Virus record (IMG/VR): IMGVR_UViG_3300044652_000018
Coordinates: 1-40,364 of that record
Length of the DNA: 40,364 bases
Strand: one strand, 5' to 3'
Source of the DNA: a virus
Lineage: Duplodnaviria; Caudoviricetes
Each line of letters starts with the position of its first letter. Position 1 is the stretch's first letter. The notes under the pieces were generated by a model. It ran no database searches and had not been told where the DNA came from. It worked only from the letters and a program-made list of their open reading frames with translations. This document shows, piece after piece, positions 9,375-18,937 of this stretch. The translations under genes and the position numbers were made by a program.

Positions 9375-10091
9375 TTAGCTCACAGGCCAGTTGCCGGATG
9401 GGACGAAGATGCCAGGGGAGAAGCCATTGGACTGGCCCGCCGCCATATCGATTGTGGGCTTGGTTGCGTCACGACCCTTGAAGTCGGCGACCTTGGTTTC
9501 GTATTCGTTGAATTGCTGGGCGTAGGGGAGGCCTTTTTCCAGGCGCCACCGCCAATTAAGGCCGCTGAGCAGCAGACCGTCAGGGAACATGCAGGTGTCG
9601 GTGTCGGCAGTGAACCACTGCTTGGCGGCGGAGGAAGCGCTCAGGACAGACCAGTCAGAGGCGTACTCGAATGCCATCTGGTGGCCGGCAATGAGTGCCC
9701 CGTTGAGCAGCAAATGGCCGCCGACAATCCGATACTGGAGGTAGGGCCCAGTCATTGGCATGCCCTTGAGAGCCTGCCATTCCTGCTCGGTCTTGGGGCC
9801 GTAGACGGGTAGACGCTGTGTGCGGTCCCAGAAAGTATCCTGGAGCATCCACTTGAACCCAGACGGGGCCAGGGTGTCCATGGAGCCTTGGTCTTCGACC
9901 CCGGTCTGGGTGAACAGGGCGGTGATCTGCAGCTTCGACCACACACCGCGGGTGTGCAAGTCCTCCAGAACCTCGTTCGCCAATGCCGCGAGTTGCAGCG
10001 TCTGGTCGTCCCCGCTGGCGAAGACAACCTGCACAGCCGGAAGCCCGCGCCGTTTGGAGAACTCCGCAAGGAGCTGGAGGAGGGTAGACAT
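9375..10091 (-). CDS. Head-tail adaptor/tubular A protein
   Basis: MSTLLQL...GL... N-terminus and LLLSGLNWRWRLEKGLPYA C-terminus typical of podophage adaptors; synteny. Confidence 0.65.
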   Translation of the reverse strand: MSTLLQLLAEFSKRRGLPAVQVVFASGDDQTLQLAALANEVLEDLHTRGVWSKLQITALFTQTGVEDQGSMDTLAPSGFKWMLQDTFWDRTQRLPVYGPKTEQEWQALKGMPMTGPYLQYRIVGGHLLLNGALIAGHQMAFEYASDWSVLSASSAAKQWFTADTDTCMFPDGLLLSGLNWRWRLEKGLPYAQQFNEYETKVADFKGRDATKPTIDMAAGQSNGFSPGIFVPSGNWPVS

Positions 10092-10096
10092 TACGA

Positions 10097-10807
10097 TTAT
10101 TCCTTGGTGAGGTCGTCGAAAGAGATGCCGTTGGCTTCGTCGGCCATTGTGCGCCCGGCGGCACGGATTTGGCTTACGCCTTCCATCTGACCGAGCTGGG
10201 CCTGCAGCCGCACGATGGTGCGGTTAGCGGCCTGGAGCTCCTCCCGCAGCCTGAGAACCTCAGCCTCGAGGCTGGTGGACTTCACCTCCAGGGCGGACTT
10301 AGCCTCGGCGACTTGGCCGACATCTTTGGCCGCCGCGAGGAAGTCGATTGCTCGCTGCTTGAGGCTCCGCGCCCCCATGCCGATGCGGCTGATGGCTTCC
10401 TCGTTCATCGCGGCCACATCCTCGACCACGCGCATGTTGAGGGCCAGGAGCTGCTTGCACAGGCTCGGGCTCAGGCCGGGCCAGTTGATAAGCGGGTAGC
10501 CGGTCGCTGGCAGCATAGCAGAGGACTTGAAGGCCTCGTACTCGCGTTGGTAGTAGGCCAGCCACGCGCTGTTGAAGCGCTCCTCGCGGACTTGTTGCTT
10601 GAGATGGTCGAACCACTCGGTGGCGATGCGCTCAATGCGGTCCTTGGACCCGAAAGGCGTGATGATTGCGTAGTCGACATCCTTGCCGACATAAGAGCCC
10701 TTCGCGATGGTGGCGTTGCGGTCTTCCTCGCTGCGCGTCTCGAACATCACATAGGGCGGTTTTTCTTGTAGAATCTGCGGTTGCATTGCGAATCCCCTTG
10801 ATTGCAT
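10097..10807 (-). CDS. Hypothetical morphogenesis-region protein with C-terminal coiled coil
   Basis: Good ORF with RBS (alternative start 10786); WPGLSPSLCKQLLALNMRVVEDVA looks HhH-like; function unknown. Confidence 0.6.
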   Translation of the reverse strand: MQSRGFAMQPQILQEKPPYVMFETRSEEDRNATIAKGSYVGKDVDYAIITPFGSKDRIERIATEWFDHLKQQVREERFNSAWLAYYQREYEAFKSSAMLPATGYPLINWPGLSPSLCKQLLALNMRVVEDVAAMNEEAISRIGMGARSLKQRAIDFLAAAKDVGQVAEAKSALEVKSTSLEAEVLRLREELQAANRTIVRLQAQLGQMEGVSQIRAAGRTMADEANGISFDDLTKE

Positions 10808-10821
10808 GGTACTGCCCCCTT

Positions 10822-10849
10822 AAAAAGCCCCAGGGCCGAAGCCCTGAGG
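10822..10849 (-). terminator. Rho-independent terminator after the capsid/decoration genes
   Basis: Minus strand CCTCAGGGC-TTCG-GCCCTGGGG-CTTTTT. Confidence 0.85.
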
Positions 10850-10901
10850 AACCACCGAAGGGGACTGACGGTGGAGGAAGAGCCCACGCGAGGGCGCAGG
10901 G

Positions 10902-11384
10902 TTAGCCGTTTGCGTTCATCGCCGGGCGGTCGAGCTGGACCACGGCCTTGCCTGCTGCCGGGGTGCCATCCGCCGTTTTGAAGCGTGCGCCGTCGACCTT
11001 GTCGCCCGAGACGGTGGCGTCGTCGACGGTGCCGGCAGTCGCCGTGGCGTAGACGTTGCCGCCGGCCAGGACCGTTGCTGCGTTGACGATAGCCGCACCA
11101 GAGATCTGGTACCAGCCATACTGGTTGGCGACGTTGGCGGACATGGCGACGGCTGCGGGGCCGCGAGAGCCCGCCGTCGCGCGAGTGGTCGTGTTGTTGT
11201 ACTCGTCGTAGACGACCAGGTCGTTAACGGCGGTCGACGCGACGCCTTTCAGATAGATGAACTCGGCCTCGCCGTAGACGGGGTCGTAGCCACGGCAACG
11301 CTTGCCGATGACGTGCTGCTGGGTAGTGGAGGTCGTGTTCAGCTCCTGCAAGCCGACTTCGTGACCGTTGTGGGCGTAAGTCAT
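10902..11384 (-). CDS. Capsid decoration/cement protein
   Basis: 160 aa, Ala/Thr/Gly-rich with EFIYLKG and QYGWYQISG; directly after the major capsid gene and before a terminator. Confidence 0.65.
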   Translation of the reverse strand: MTYAHNGHEVGLQELNTTSTTQQHVIGKRCRGYDPVYGEAEFIYLKGVASTAVNDLVVYDEYNNTTTRATAGSRGPAAVAMSANVANQYGWYQISGAAIVNAATVLAGGNVYATATAGTVDDATVSGDKVDGARFKTADGTPAAGKAVVQLDRPAMNANG

Positions 11385-11419
11385 TTTGAAGCTCCTTGGA
11401 TTGAAGATTGAGAGGGAAA

Positions 11420-11453
11420 TCCGACCGGACTACGATGGCATAGTCCGGTCGTT
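11420..11453 (+). promoter_or_regulatory. Double-dyad element copy 2
   Basis: TCCGACCGGA-CTAC-gatggc-ATAG-TCCGGTCGTT, between the major capsid and decoration genes. Confidence 0.8.
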
Positions 11454-11477
11454 TTACCGATTGCTTGCTTGCGCGGC

Positions 11478-12464
11478 TTACGCCTTCATCACACCCTGCT
11501 GGGCACGATTGCTGCAGACCAGGTTGCCCATCCACAGGATGGGCACGACTTCGGCGTCCTGGTTGACCGGCTTCATTTCGTCCATCACGGTCATGTCGGC
11601 ATCGGTGTGGCTGACCAGATAGATGTAGTCGGTGTTCAGGGCATAGCCGTGGTTGCTCGGGATGCCCGAGCCGCCGTCGAAGATCACGTCAGCGTTTTTG
11701 TACCTCAGGCTGACGAAGCCTGCGTTCGCGCCGCTCGCGCCGGAGCCGTTGTCGTCGGTCGTGTACCGCTTGATCGAGGTCTGCGACTGTTCGAAGAACT
11801 GGTAGTAGTTGTTGTCCATGATCCAGAGGTTCGGCTTGTCGTCGCCGCGGACCATGGCCAACCACAGGCCGAGCATCAGGCTCTCGATCGTGGTGGCGGA
11901 AGGGGTGATGGCGCCGCCGCCCTGGATCGGGGAAGCTGCCGACTGCACCTTGTTTTTCCAGAACGTCCACACGCTGGAATCGATGCCGCCGACGGTACCG
12001 GTGCCTGCATCTGCGACCAGGGCCTGCAGGCCGTTGATCTGGTTGGCCAGGGTGCCGTCGCTGTAGATGTCGGACGAGAAGTTGTTCTTGAACGTCCGCA
12101 CCGCGTTCTTCATGCGGGACTTGACCAGGTTGATGATGCGGCTGTCGCCGTTGTTGATGCGGAGCTCCAGGCCGCTGGCCACGACGTTGATCGCGATCTG
12201 GCGCCACTGGTACTCGGCTGCCGACAGCACATCGCTCGCGCCGATGTTCAGCGTGTCGTAGCCGCTGTAGCGCTGGTAGGTGTTGTTGGAAGCGTAGTCC
12301 AGGGGCTCCACGATGGAGAGGCCACCGTCTTCGGTCTTGTAGTTGCCCGAGTCGTAGAGGCGGCGCAGCAGCGCGTTGTTCTTGGAGATGTTGTCCTTGA
12401 ACTCCTTGCGGTGCTTGCGGAAGGTGGTGGACACCAACTCGGTGAAGGTACCATTTGCTGGCAT
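11478..12464 (-). CDS. Major capsid protein
   Basis: 328 aa, strongly biased codons, AAGGAG RBS, follows the scaffold; motifs DNISKNNALL, YSGYDTL, NGLQALV, GNLVCSNRAQQG. Confidence 0.85.
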   Translation of the reverse strand: MPANGTFTELVSTTFRKHRKEFKDNISKNNALLRRLYDSGNYKTEDGGLSIVEPLDYASNNTYQRYSGYDTLNIGASDVLSAAEYQWRQIAINVVASGLELRINNGDSRIINLVKSRMKNAVRTFKNNFSSDIYSDGTLANQINGLQALVADAGTGTVGGIDSSVWTFWKNKVQSAASPIQGGGAITPSATTIESLMLGLWLAMVRGDDKPNLWIMDNNYYQFFEQSQTSIKRYTTDDNGSGASGANAGFVSLRYKNADVIFDGGSGIPSNHGYALNTDYIYLVSHTDADMTVMDEMKPVNQDAEVVPILWMGNLVCSNRAQQGVMKA

Positions 12465-12498
12465 TTTGATACTCCTTAGAGGTTAGGGAAAGGGACGA

Positions 12499-13668
12499 TT
12501 ACTTTTTGCGATTGTGGATCTGGTCCAGCGTCGCTTGCAGCGTGTCGTCGATGCTCCCGACCTGTCCGGTAGTCGTACCTCCAGAACGTGGTGCAGATCG
12601 AACGTTAGTTGCGGCCGCTGCTTTCGCAGCTTCGGCTTTCGCCGCGGCATCCGCTGCCGCTTTTTCTGCACTTTCACGCGCCTGGCGTTCGATTTCCTTA
12701 GCGCGCACAGCAGGGTTCAGGTACATTGCCTTGCTGTAAGCGTCGCCGATGTTCGTCGCCATGCCGCTTTTCAGGAGAGCTGTGATGTCGTTCGCCAGCT
12801 CGTTGACGTAGATGTTTTTCGGGTCGTCGAAGAACGCGTTGACCTCGGCTTCCAGCTTTGCACGCACTTGTGCCTGCTGATCGGCCGCAAAACGCGACTG
12901 CGTACCCTGGATTTCACGGAGTTGATTTTGCGTCTTGGCCAACTCTTCCTGCAAGGCTTTGACTGCCGGGTCGGCGAATGGGTTGCTGTCGCCAGCTTGC
13001 TGCTGTGGCGCCTTCACCCCGATCTGCTCACGGATTTGGTCGAGCATTGCCGCCTTTTGCTCCGGGGTGCCGACAGAGAGCTGGATGTAGGCATTCATCA
13101 TGCCGGTGAAGGCTTCCATCGGGTCCATCTTGTTGGCCCGCATGAAGTTTTCGAAGGGGGCGACGGTCTGCGCGAATTGGCGACCGCGCCCCGCATCGGC
13201 CTTGTAAGCCTCCAGGCCGGTATGAAAGTCCTTCTCCCGGCGGAGGATTTCCGCCTGGACTTCCGGGTCGATGCTAGCCCACTTGGCTGCTACCTCTGGC
13301 TTCCACCCTGACGGGACTTGGCTTGCAGCTGCTCCAGCTCCTGCTTGGCTTCCTGCGCCAGCTGCCCCGTCAGGCTTGCTCCCCGCGCCATCATTGCCTT
13401 GACCACTTCCTTGGTCTGCAGCTCCGCCCCCAGCACTCGTTTTTCCGCCGCTTGCAGCCGGCGTTCCAGCATCTGCTGCAGGGCCACGAGGTTCTGATGC
13501 TTTTGGTGCAGGCGTGCCATCGCCCACAGCACCGCCGCCACCACTGCCATCACCACCAGCACCATTAGTGCCAGGATCACGATCTGATGCATTGTCATTG
13601 CTAGTCCCCCCGAAAAGTGCAGCGCCGATGTCGGATGCTGCGGTTGCGAAATCGAATTCTCCAGGCAT
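12499..13668 (-). CDS. Scaffolding protein
   Basis: Low-complexity Gly/Ala N-terminus, P.GW..E...W....PEVQAEILRRE motif, coiled coils; immediately upstream of the capsid gene. Confidence 0.7.
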   Translation of the reverse strand: MPGEFDFATAASDIGAALFGGTSNDNASDRDPGTNGAGGDGSGGGGAVGDGTPAPKASEPRGPAADAGTPAASGGKTSAGGGAADQGSGQGNDGAGSKPDGAAGAGSQAGAGAAASQVPSGWKPEVAAKWASIDPEVQAEILRREKDFHTGLEAYKADAGRGRQFAQTVAPFENFMRANKMDPMEAFTGMMNAYIQLSVGTPEQKAAMLDQIREQIGVKAPQQQAGDSNPFADPAVKALQEELAKTQNQLREIQGTQSRFAADQQAQVRAKLEAEVNAFFDDPKNIYVNELANDITALLKSGMATNIGDAYSKAMYLNPAVRAKEIERQARESAEKAAADAAAKAEAAKAAAATNVRSAPRSGGTTTGQVGSIDDTLQATLDQIHNRKK

Positions 13669-13691
13669 GATGATATCCCCTTCAGTGGTTT

Positions 13692-14123
13692 TTAATGGTT
13701 GACAGAAACTGTTTTGCGGACCACAGCAACGTCAGCGCCGGAGTCGAGCTCTTTGCCAAGTTGCTCACGCTTGGCCGCAGGCATCGCCAGGACCTCGCGG
13801 ACGGCCGTGTCGGCCACGTGATCTTCGTAGGCAGCGTCGGCGGCGGCCTTACGTTTTTTGAATTGCTCGGTCTCCCCCGGCTCATAGACGCGGCAGCCTG
13901 TCCGCTTGAGGTTCTCCTCGTGCGCGCGACGGCCCTCGATCCACTGCCCGGTGACAGGGCACTCGTAGCCAGGATAGTCTCCCTTGACCATCGGCGGGAT
14001 GGTGATGTGGCGGATGGCGGTTTGCCCGCAGTGTTGGCACGGAATAGTCGATTGGTAGCCATCTATTGAGCTGAAGGTCTGGCTGATGTGCCCCTCCGGG
14101 CATTTGTAGTCGTACTGCGGCAT
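13692..14123 (-). CDS. FmdB-like zinc-ribbon protein
   Basis: MPQYDYKCPEGH...CQHCG and YECPVTGQWIEGRRAHEENLKRTGC; this family is often found between portal and scaffold. Confidence 0.75.
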   Translation of the reverse strand: MPQYDYKCPEGHISQTFSSIDGYQSTIPCQHCGQTAIRHITIPPMVKGDYPGYECPVTGQWIEGRRAHEENLKRTGCRVYEPGETEQFKKRKAAADAAYEDHVADTAVREVLAMPAAKREQLGKELDSGADVAVVRKTVSVNH

Positions 14124-14124
14124 T

Positions 14125-16311
14125 CTAGTTCCCCTTTGTCGGACGTTGGCTGTTCTGTTTTGCGGATTTCACCTTGGCATCAGCCGTTGCAATGGTTCCG
14201 ATTGTCTGCGCCTGTGTTGCCCGGATGTTCATCCCGATTTCGGCCCGACGCGCCGCGAGTTCTTCCATCTTCATCTGGTGCTCGGCGACTTTGTACTGCG
14301 CCTCCATCGCCAGTTCCTGCATCCTGGCCGCATGAGCTTGCTGGTCGATTTCGGCCTGCCGTGCGGCAGCTTGCTGCTGTTGCTGGAACTCGAAGGCTTG
14401 GCGCTGGGCGTCGAGCTGTTTGGCCTGCATGTCTTGCTGATGGGCCTGGGCGTCCTGCTGAGCTTTTGCTGCGTTCGGGTCCGGTTTCGGCGGCGGGGCC
14501 TGCATGGCGTTGATCTGGTCCTCGACTTCTTCGCCGAAGCGGAATCGGCGCGTGATGGTCAGCAGGATTGTCTTGACCGTGTCGAACGACATGAAGCCCT
14601 GCTCCACGATAGGCATTACGCCGTTGAGGAACTGCGCCATCGCATTCATGAACTCGGCGATTTCTTCCTTGTCCTCGGTGGCCTCGACATCTACTGTACT
14701 GTTCGTCTCGATGTCGATGCTGTAGTTGCGCTGGATGTCGTCGGTCAGGACAGCCAGGATGTCTTCCCAGGATGGGGTGGAGAGCAGTTGCTGCAGCTGC
14801 GGTGGGGGTGGCGGGGGCTGCTGACCGGCTTGCTGCGCGGCCATAGCTTGCTGTTGGTACTGCGTCATGGCGATCTGGCCTTGCTGCTTTTGGGCCTCAG
14901 TCGGGAACTGCATGCCGGTCATCTTCGCCAGGGTGTCTTGGCCAAAGCGACCCACGAGCTCGGCGGCAAGCCGAAGCAGGCCGCGGGCAAACATGCCGAC
15001 GGCTTTTTGCGATCGCTTGAGTCGCAGGGTTCCCCACTGGTTTTTGATATTCTGGGCTGTTGCGGTCTCGGAGGCCACAGACGCCCCCCGCAGGATATCA
15101 CTCACGCCAGTAATCTCATAGATCACGTCCTTCACCTGCTGACGCTGGACGTAGAGTTGCTGGAGCACGCCGACAAGCGTTTCGAGAGGGAAAAACCAGA
15201 TGGCCTTCTCGAGAGTCTGCCCCTGGAGCATCGCCGAGACATTTTCCGCGGGCTTGAGGGTGTTGTCGTCGGCTTCCATCAGGTCCTTCAGGCCCTCGAG
15301 TGTCGAGTCGTAGAAGCCGCGGATTTTCAGCGCGCGGGTAATCTTCGTGATCCGCGTGGTGATGACGTTCAGCTCAGTGGCCTGCTGCTTGTAAGCCAGG
15401 TACTGCGGGATCGGCACCATCGAAGTTGACTTGGCGTAGAAAGACAGTGGCTCGGGCATGGGGAAGAAGCCTTGCAGGCGGAGTGGGTCCGGCATCTTGG
15501 CCTGCTTCTGGTCGACCTTTTTCAGGTAGTCCCCGTAGCCATCGGCGATGAAAAAGGTCTGCTTTGCCGACTTGTCCCAGACCTCGAAGATTCGGGCGAA
15601 CTGCTCTCCCTGGGCATCGGCGACCTTTTTCTGGTCCCCCTCGTCCATGTCTTCGTCCTTTGCGCCCTTGATGTTGTAAGGTACGGCCCGGGCAGCTTCG
15701 GCTCCGAACTCCGCTTCGACCTCGTCCTTCGTCATCAGATGGATAAACGCCAGCCAGGGGACCTTTTTCCAAACCTTCGCGTAGCCGAACACGACTCCGT
15801 CCCAGGGCACGCCTTCCCAGTACACAGTCTCGCTGGCGACGACCTGAGTCGGCTTGCCGTCGGGGCCAGCTGGCCCGGGCTTGAACGTAGGGTTGTACTT
15901 GATCCGGGCCATCCCACGGTCGGTTAGGAGGGCCTCCAGCACGGACTGCCGCATAGCGGTATCCAGGTCCGGGCACTCGTCATCCCCGCTGTCGATCAGG
16001 AAATCCAGCGAGCGTTCCAGGACCTGACCTGCGGCCTTTCCCACCGGGTCGGCGTCCTTGAAGCGCCGCTTGACACTGGCCTCGGGCACGTTGTTGTACA
16101 GCGCTGGCGAGATCGTGTCAGTGTTGCTGTAGAGGATGTTGAAGGGGGCGTCTTCTGGCTTCGCGCTCTCGTACATCCGGACGATGACCCTGGCTTCCTT
16201 GCGGTATTCCTTCTCGCGCTCAAGGCTTTCCTGGATGTCGTGCAGCCACTGCCGGACCTCCGGGTTGTCGCGGGCTGGGGTAGCAAGCGTCAGATCGTCT
16301 TTTTTGCTCAT
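14125..16311 (-). CDS. Portal protein
   Basis: 728 aa directly after terL; IYEITGVSDILRG..ETATAQ motif; Gln-rich C-terminal barrel as in P22-type portals. Confidence 0.85.
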   Translation of the reverse strand: MSKKDDLTLATPARDNPEVRQWLHDIQESLEREKEYRKEARVIVRMYESAKPEDAPFNILYSNTDTISPALYNNVPEASVKRRFKDADPVGKAAGQVLERSLDFLIDSGDDECPDLDTAMRQSVLEALLTDRGMARIKYNPTFKPGPAGPDGKPTQVVASETVYWEGVPWDGVVFGYAKVWKKVPWLAFIHLMTKDEVEAEFGAEAARAVPYNIKGAKDEDMDEGDQKKVADAQGEQFARIFEVWDKSAKQTFFIADGYGDYLKKVDQKQAKMPDPLRLQGFFPMPEPLSFYAKSTSMVPIPQYLAYKQQATELNVITTRITKITRALKIRGFYDSTLEGLKDLMEADDNTLKPAENVSAMLQGQTLEKAIWFFPLETLVGVLQQLYVQRQQVKDVIYEITGVSDILRGASVASETATAQNIKNQWGTLRLKRSQKAVGMFARGLLRLAAELVGRFGQDTLAKMTGMQFPTEAQKQQGQIAMTQYQQQAMAAQQAGQQPPPPPPQLQQLLSTPSWEDILAVLTDDIQRNYSIDIETNSTVDVEATEDKEEIAEFMNAMAQFLNGVMPIVEQGFMSFDTVKTILLTITRRFRFGEEVEDQINAMQAPPPKPDPNAAKAQQDAQAHQQDMQAKQLDAQRQAFEFQQQQQAAARQAEIDQQAHAARMQELAMEAQYKVAEHQMKMEELAARRAEIGMNIRATQAQTIGTIATADAKVKSAKQNSQRPTKGN

Positions 16312-16327
16312 TTCTGGGCCTCAAGGC

Positions 16328-17836
16328 TTAGAATTTTTCCTGTTTGGCGAGCCGCGCCTTGCGGTTCTTCTCGACAAGTTCCATGAATGTATATTCGCTG
16401 GGGTTTTTGCGCAAGCTTGGCGCTGGTTTGACCTGTGGCTTGGCAATCCAGGGGCGGGACATGCAGGCGTAGCGGATTTCGTCGGCTGCGTGGTCCTCGG
16501 CGTCGGTGTCGAGGTCTTCGGGGTCCGTTTCGTCGTGCTGCAAGACTGGCAGAGTCCGAATCGTGTCCTCGCAGCACTCGAGAAAGTATATCATCGGCAC
16601 GCCGTTGACCCCGACGAGCCTGCTGCGGAGCTCGCTCCACCCCGGCAAGCGCTTGTTATCCGCCGGTTTCCAGTTGCAGCCCTTCTGCATCATCCGCTCG
16701 GCGATGCTCGGGCCGCCATTGCGGATGAAGCATGCAGGGTCCGCCGCACCGTACCGCACCCGCTCGGTCGGGTCCTTAACCTTCTGGTCCTGTTCATTGA
16801 AGACGGCCCCCTCGCGTTGGAGGATGCCAATCGCGACCTGTGTCGCCTCCATCTTCAGGCCTTGATTTGGCCCCTTGGCTCCGTACCATTCGCGGTACTT
16901 GACAATCGCACCCGCGGGCAAGCCCCAGGTTCCATCCGACACTGCCCACCAACCCACCGAGAATGGCTTGGCGCTGCCCCAGTCGAAAGAGCGGAAACGC
17001 AGCGCACTGGCCGGGATAAGGTCAAGCCAGTCCATCGCCAGCACATGTTTTGAGGCGTCGAATTCATCGAAAAAGGCTCCATCGACAATGTCCCAATTGC
17101 CTTCCAGCCAGGCCTGGACCAGGGCTTCGCTACCCGACTGGCGCAACCGGAGGATGTACGTCGGGTCGTTCTTCATCAAGAGGATGTTGTCCCCGATCTT
17201 GGAGGGGATGAAGACCCTTGCGAGTTTGACGGTGACCTGCTCCCCTTCCAGCTCGTAGGTAGTCTCCTCTTCGAGGACTTTGTAGCCTCGAGGATCAGGG
17301 TCGATATAGCGGGCTTTAACCCAGTTATGGCCGGGGCCGCCGGGATTACCGGTAAGGCGCATACCAACAGGAACACCAGCACCTGAACGCAGTGTAGCAC
17401 GGAGCTTGTTAATCGGGCCAGGATTGGGGAAGTTTGTAATCTCCTCCACATAGACGCGAGTGTAGCTGTGGCCCTGGTATTCCTCGGCATCGGAATCCCT
17501 TTCGAGGTAGACGAACTTCAGCCTGGCGCCGTTGGCCATGGTCCAGGTTTTCTTCTGCTCGTTCCACTTGGCGCCGAGCTTGGGGAAGATTTGCTGGGTC
17601 CGGGCGATGACCTCCGCCAGCTGGGTGAGCTTGCGGCGGACAAAGATGCCAATGGCGTCTTGACCGTAGAGGGAAGAGTGCTGGAGCCAGTCGCCGATGG
17701 AAGACTCGGTCTTGCCCCCGCCGCGAGCCCCGCCATAAAAGACCTCAAAGATCGGACACTCAATCAGAGCGGACTGCGGGCCTGGCTGAGGCTGCCAGAT
17801 GACGGTTTGCGCCGCCTCAGCCATTGCTGACAGCAT
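16328..17836 (-). CDS. terL: Terminase large subunit
   Basis: Walker A GGARGGGKT, Walker B VYVEE, TGNPGG, nuclease motifs SFDWG and DHAADEIRY. Start may be 17824. Confidence 0.95.
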   Translation of the reverse strand: MLSAMAEAAQTVIWQPQPGPQSALIECPIFEVFYGGARGGGKTESSIGDWLQHSSLYGQDAIGIFVRRKLTQLAEVIARTQQIFPKLGAKWNEQKKTWTMANGARLKFVYLERDSDAEEYQGHSYTRVYVEEITNFPNPGPINKLRATLRSGAGVPVGMRLTGNPGGPGHNWVKARYIDPDPRGYKVLEEETTYELEGEQVTVKLARVFIPSKIGDNILLMKNDPTYILRLRQSGSEALVQAWLEGNWDIVDGAFFDEFDASKHVLAMDWLDLIPASALRFRSFDWGSAKPFSVGWWAVSDGTWGLPAGAIVKYREWYGAKGPNQGLKMEATQVAIGILQREGAVFNEQDQKVKDPTERVRYGAADPACFIRNGGPSIAERMMQKGCNWKPADNKRLPGWSELRSRLVGVNGVPMIYFLECCEDTIRTLPVLQHDETDPEDLDTDAEDHAADEIRYACMSRPWIAKPQVKPAPSLRKNPSEYTFMELVEKNRKARLAKQEKF

Positions 17837-18326
17837 CCGCCGGGATGTCGATCACCACCGCCGCTGGGCGATGCGCCGCCGCCCAGTCGTGTGCATTCTC
17901 GATCTTGTTCGGGAGCTGGACCACGAAGTTGTTCTGCACGGCGACATTACGCTCGCGGGCACCATACCCCGCGGCCTTGGTCGAGAGTTCAAACGCCTTC
18001 AGCGCCAGGTTCGCGTCCTCCGTGACCCCGAGCTTCTTGCTGATCACCTCCAGGCTCTGCATGGCCAGGGCCTCGATCCGCTGCTCCATCTTCATCGTGA
18101 TGGTGGGGTCGATCAGCTCGCCCTTGCGCTCGGCGAGCCGGGCCTGGAAGGCGTCGCTGTTGAAAACCCGCGAGACCCAGCCGACGCTGTAGCCGAAGTG
18201 ACTCGCGATCTTGTTTTGCGTGATGCTCGGCTCCGCCAGGATCAGGTCAATCATAGCGTCATGGCTGTAGCGGACCCGGTTGATTGCCAGGGCCGCGCTC
18301 TCGGTGCTCTTCAGTGGGGCGTTCAT
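17817..18326 (-). CDS. Probable terminase small subunit
   Basis: HTH-like ITQNKIASHFGYSVGWVSRVF; overlaps terL; GGAGGTG RBS. Confidence 0.7.
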   Translation of the reverse strand: MNAPLKSTESAALAINRVRYSHDAMIDLILAEPSITQNKIASHFGYSVGWVSRVFNSDAFQARLAERKGELIDPTITMKMEQRIEALAMQSLEVISKKLGVTEDANLALKAFELSTKAAGYGARERNVAVQNNFVVQLPNKIENAHDWAAAHRPAAVVIDIPADAVSNG

Positions 18327-18354
18327 ACCACCTCCTGCTTATTGGGTTGCCCCC

Positions 18355-18383
18355 AGACTAGCACTGGCCCCCGGCCAAGTCAA
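18355..18383 (-). promoter_or_regulatory. Sigma70-like promoter for the packaging/virion operon
   Basis: Minus strand TTGACT-17 bp-TAGTCT, about 30 bp upstream of the terS ATG. Confidence 0.65.
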
Positions 18384-18445
18384 GCCCCGCGCGTTTCACA
18401 GCCCCGGCGGATACTTATAAGCCAAAAGCGCCCGGTTTTGCATAA

Positions 18446-18479
18446 TCCGACCGTACTACCTTGTCGTATTCCGATCGGA
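18446..18479 (+). promoter_or_regulatory. Double-dyad element copy 3
   Basis: TCCGACCGTA-CTAC-cttgtc-GTAT-TCCGATCGGA, in the divergent intergenic region. Confidence 0.85.
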
Positions 18480-18751
18480 TTTCCTTTTTGCCCTGAAATT
18501 ATTTCTTGCCCTGGGAGTCACTGACCCGGCGAAAGCGGACCAGGGAGAGGGCAAAAGTCGGCAATGCGTGTGGGGGTGTAGTGCGCGATAAAGGTGCCCA
18601 CCTGCCCACCCCCTAGTCCGGGTCAGCCGCCCCGGGGGCGGACGGATTGGCACTGGCTATCGGGAGGGGCCCCGTGATTGCAACAATCAATTGGAGTTTC
18701 CAGCCGCGAGGGCCGATACTCTCTACATCGACAACATGACTGGAGAACGAC

Positions 18752-18856
18752 ATGACCAAGACCCCAATAATCGAAATTGTTTCCGCAGTAGTGGTAGCGG
18801 CTGGCTCTTGCTGGGCTATCCTGTATATGGCGGGCATGCTGTTGCAGAGCATGTGA
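18752..18856 (+). CDS. 34-aa single-TM peptide (not in the ORF track)
   Basis: GGAGA RBS, then MTKTPIIEIVSAVVVAAGSCWAILYMAGMLLQSM*. Confidence 0.55.
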   Translation: MTKTPIIEIVSAVVVAAGSCWAILYMAGMLLQSM

Positions 18857-18937
18857 TTACCGCACGATATGCCTCTCAGGCAGGGGCATATCGGGCCGCA
18901 ATCTCGCGCCCGCTAACTCACATTGAGGAGTAACATC

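Noticed and set aside
11420-11455. Dyad copy 2 as the capsid-gene terminator
   Set aside because: No good U-tract in the transcribed (minus) direction; a proper terminator is at 10822-10849.
1614-18192. Long plus-strand ORFs opposite the structural genes (e.g. 2526..3671, 4774..6132, 11469..12479, 14146..15429)
   Set aside because: Antisense shadows expected from high-GC codon bias; no RBS or motifs.
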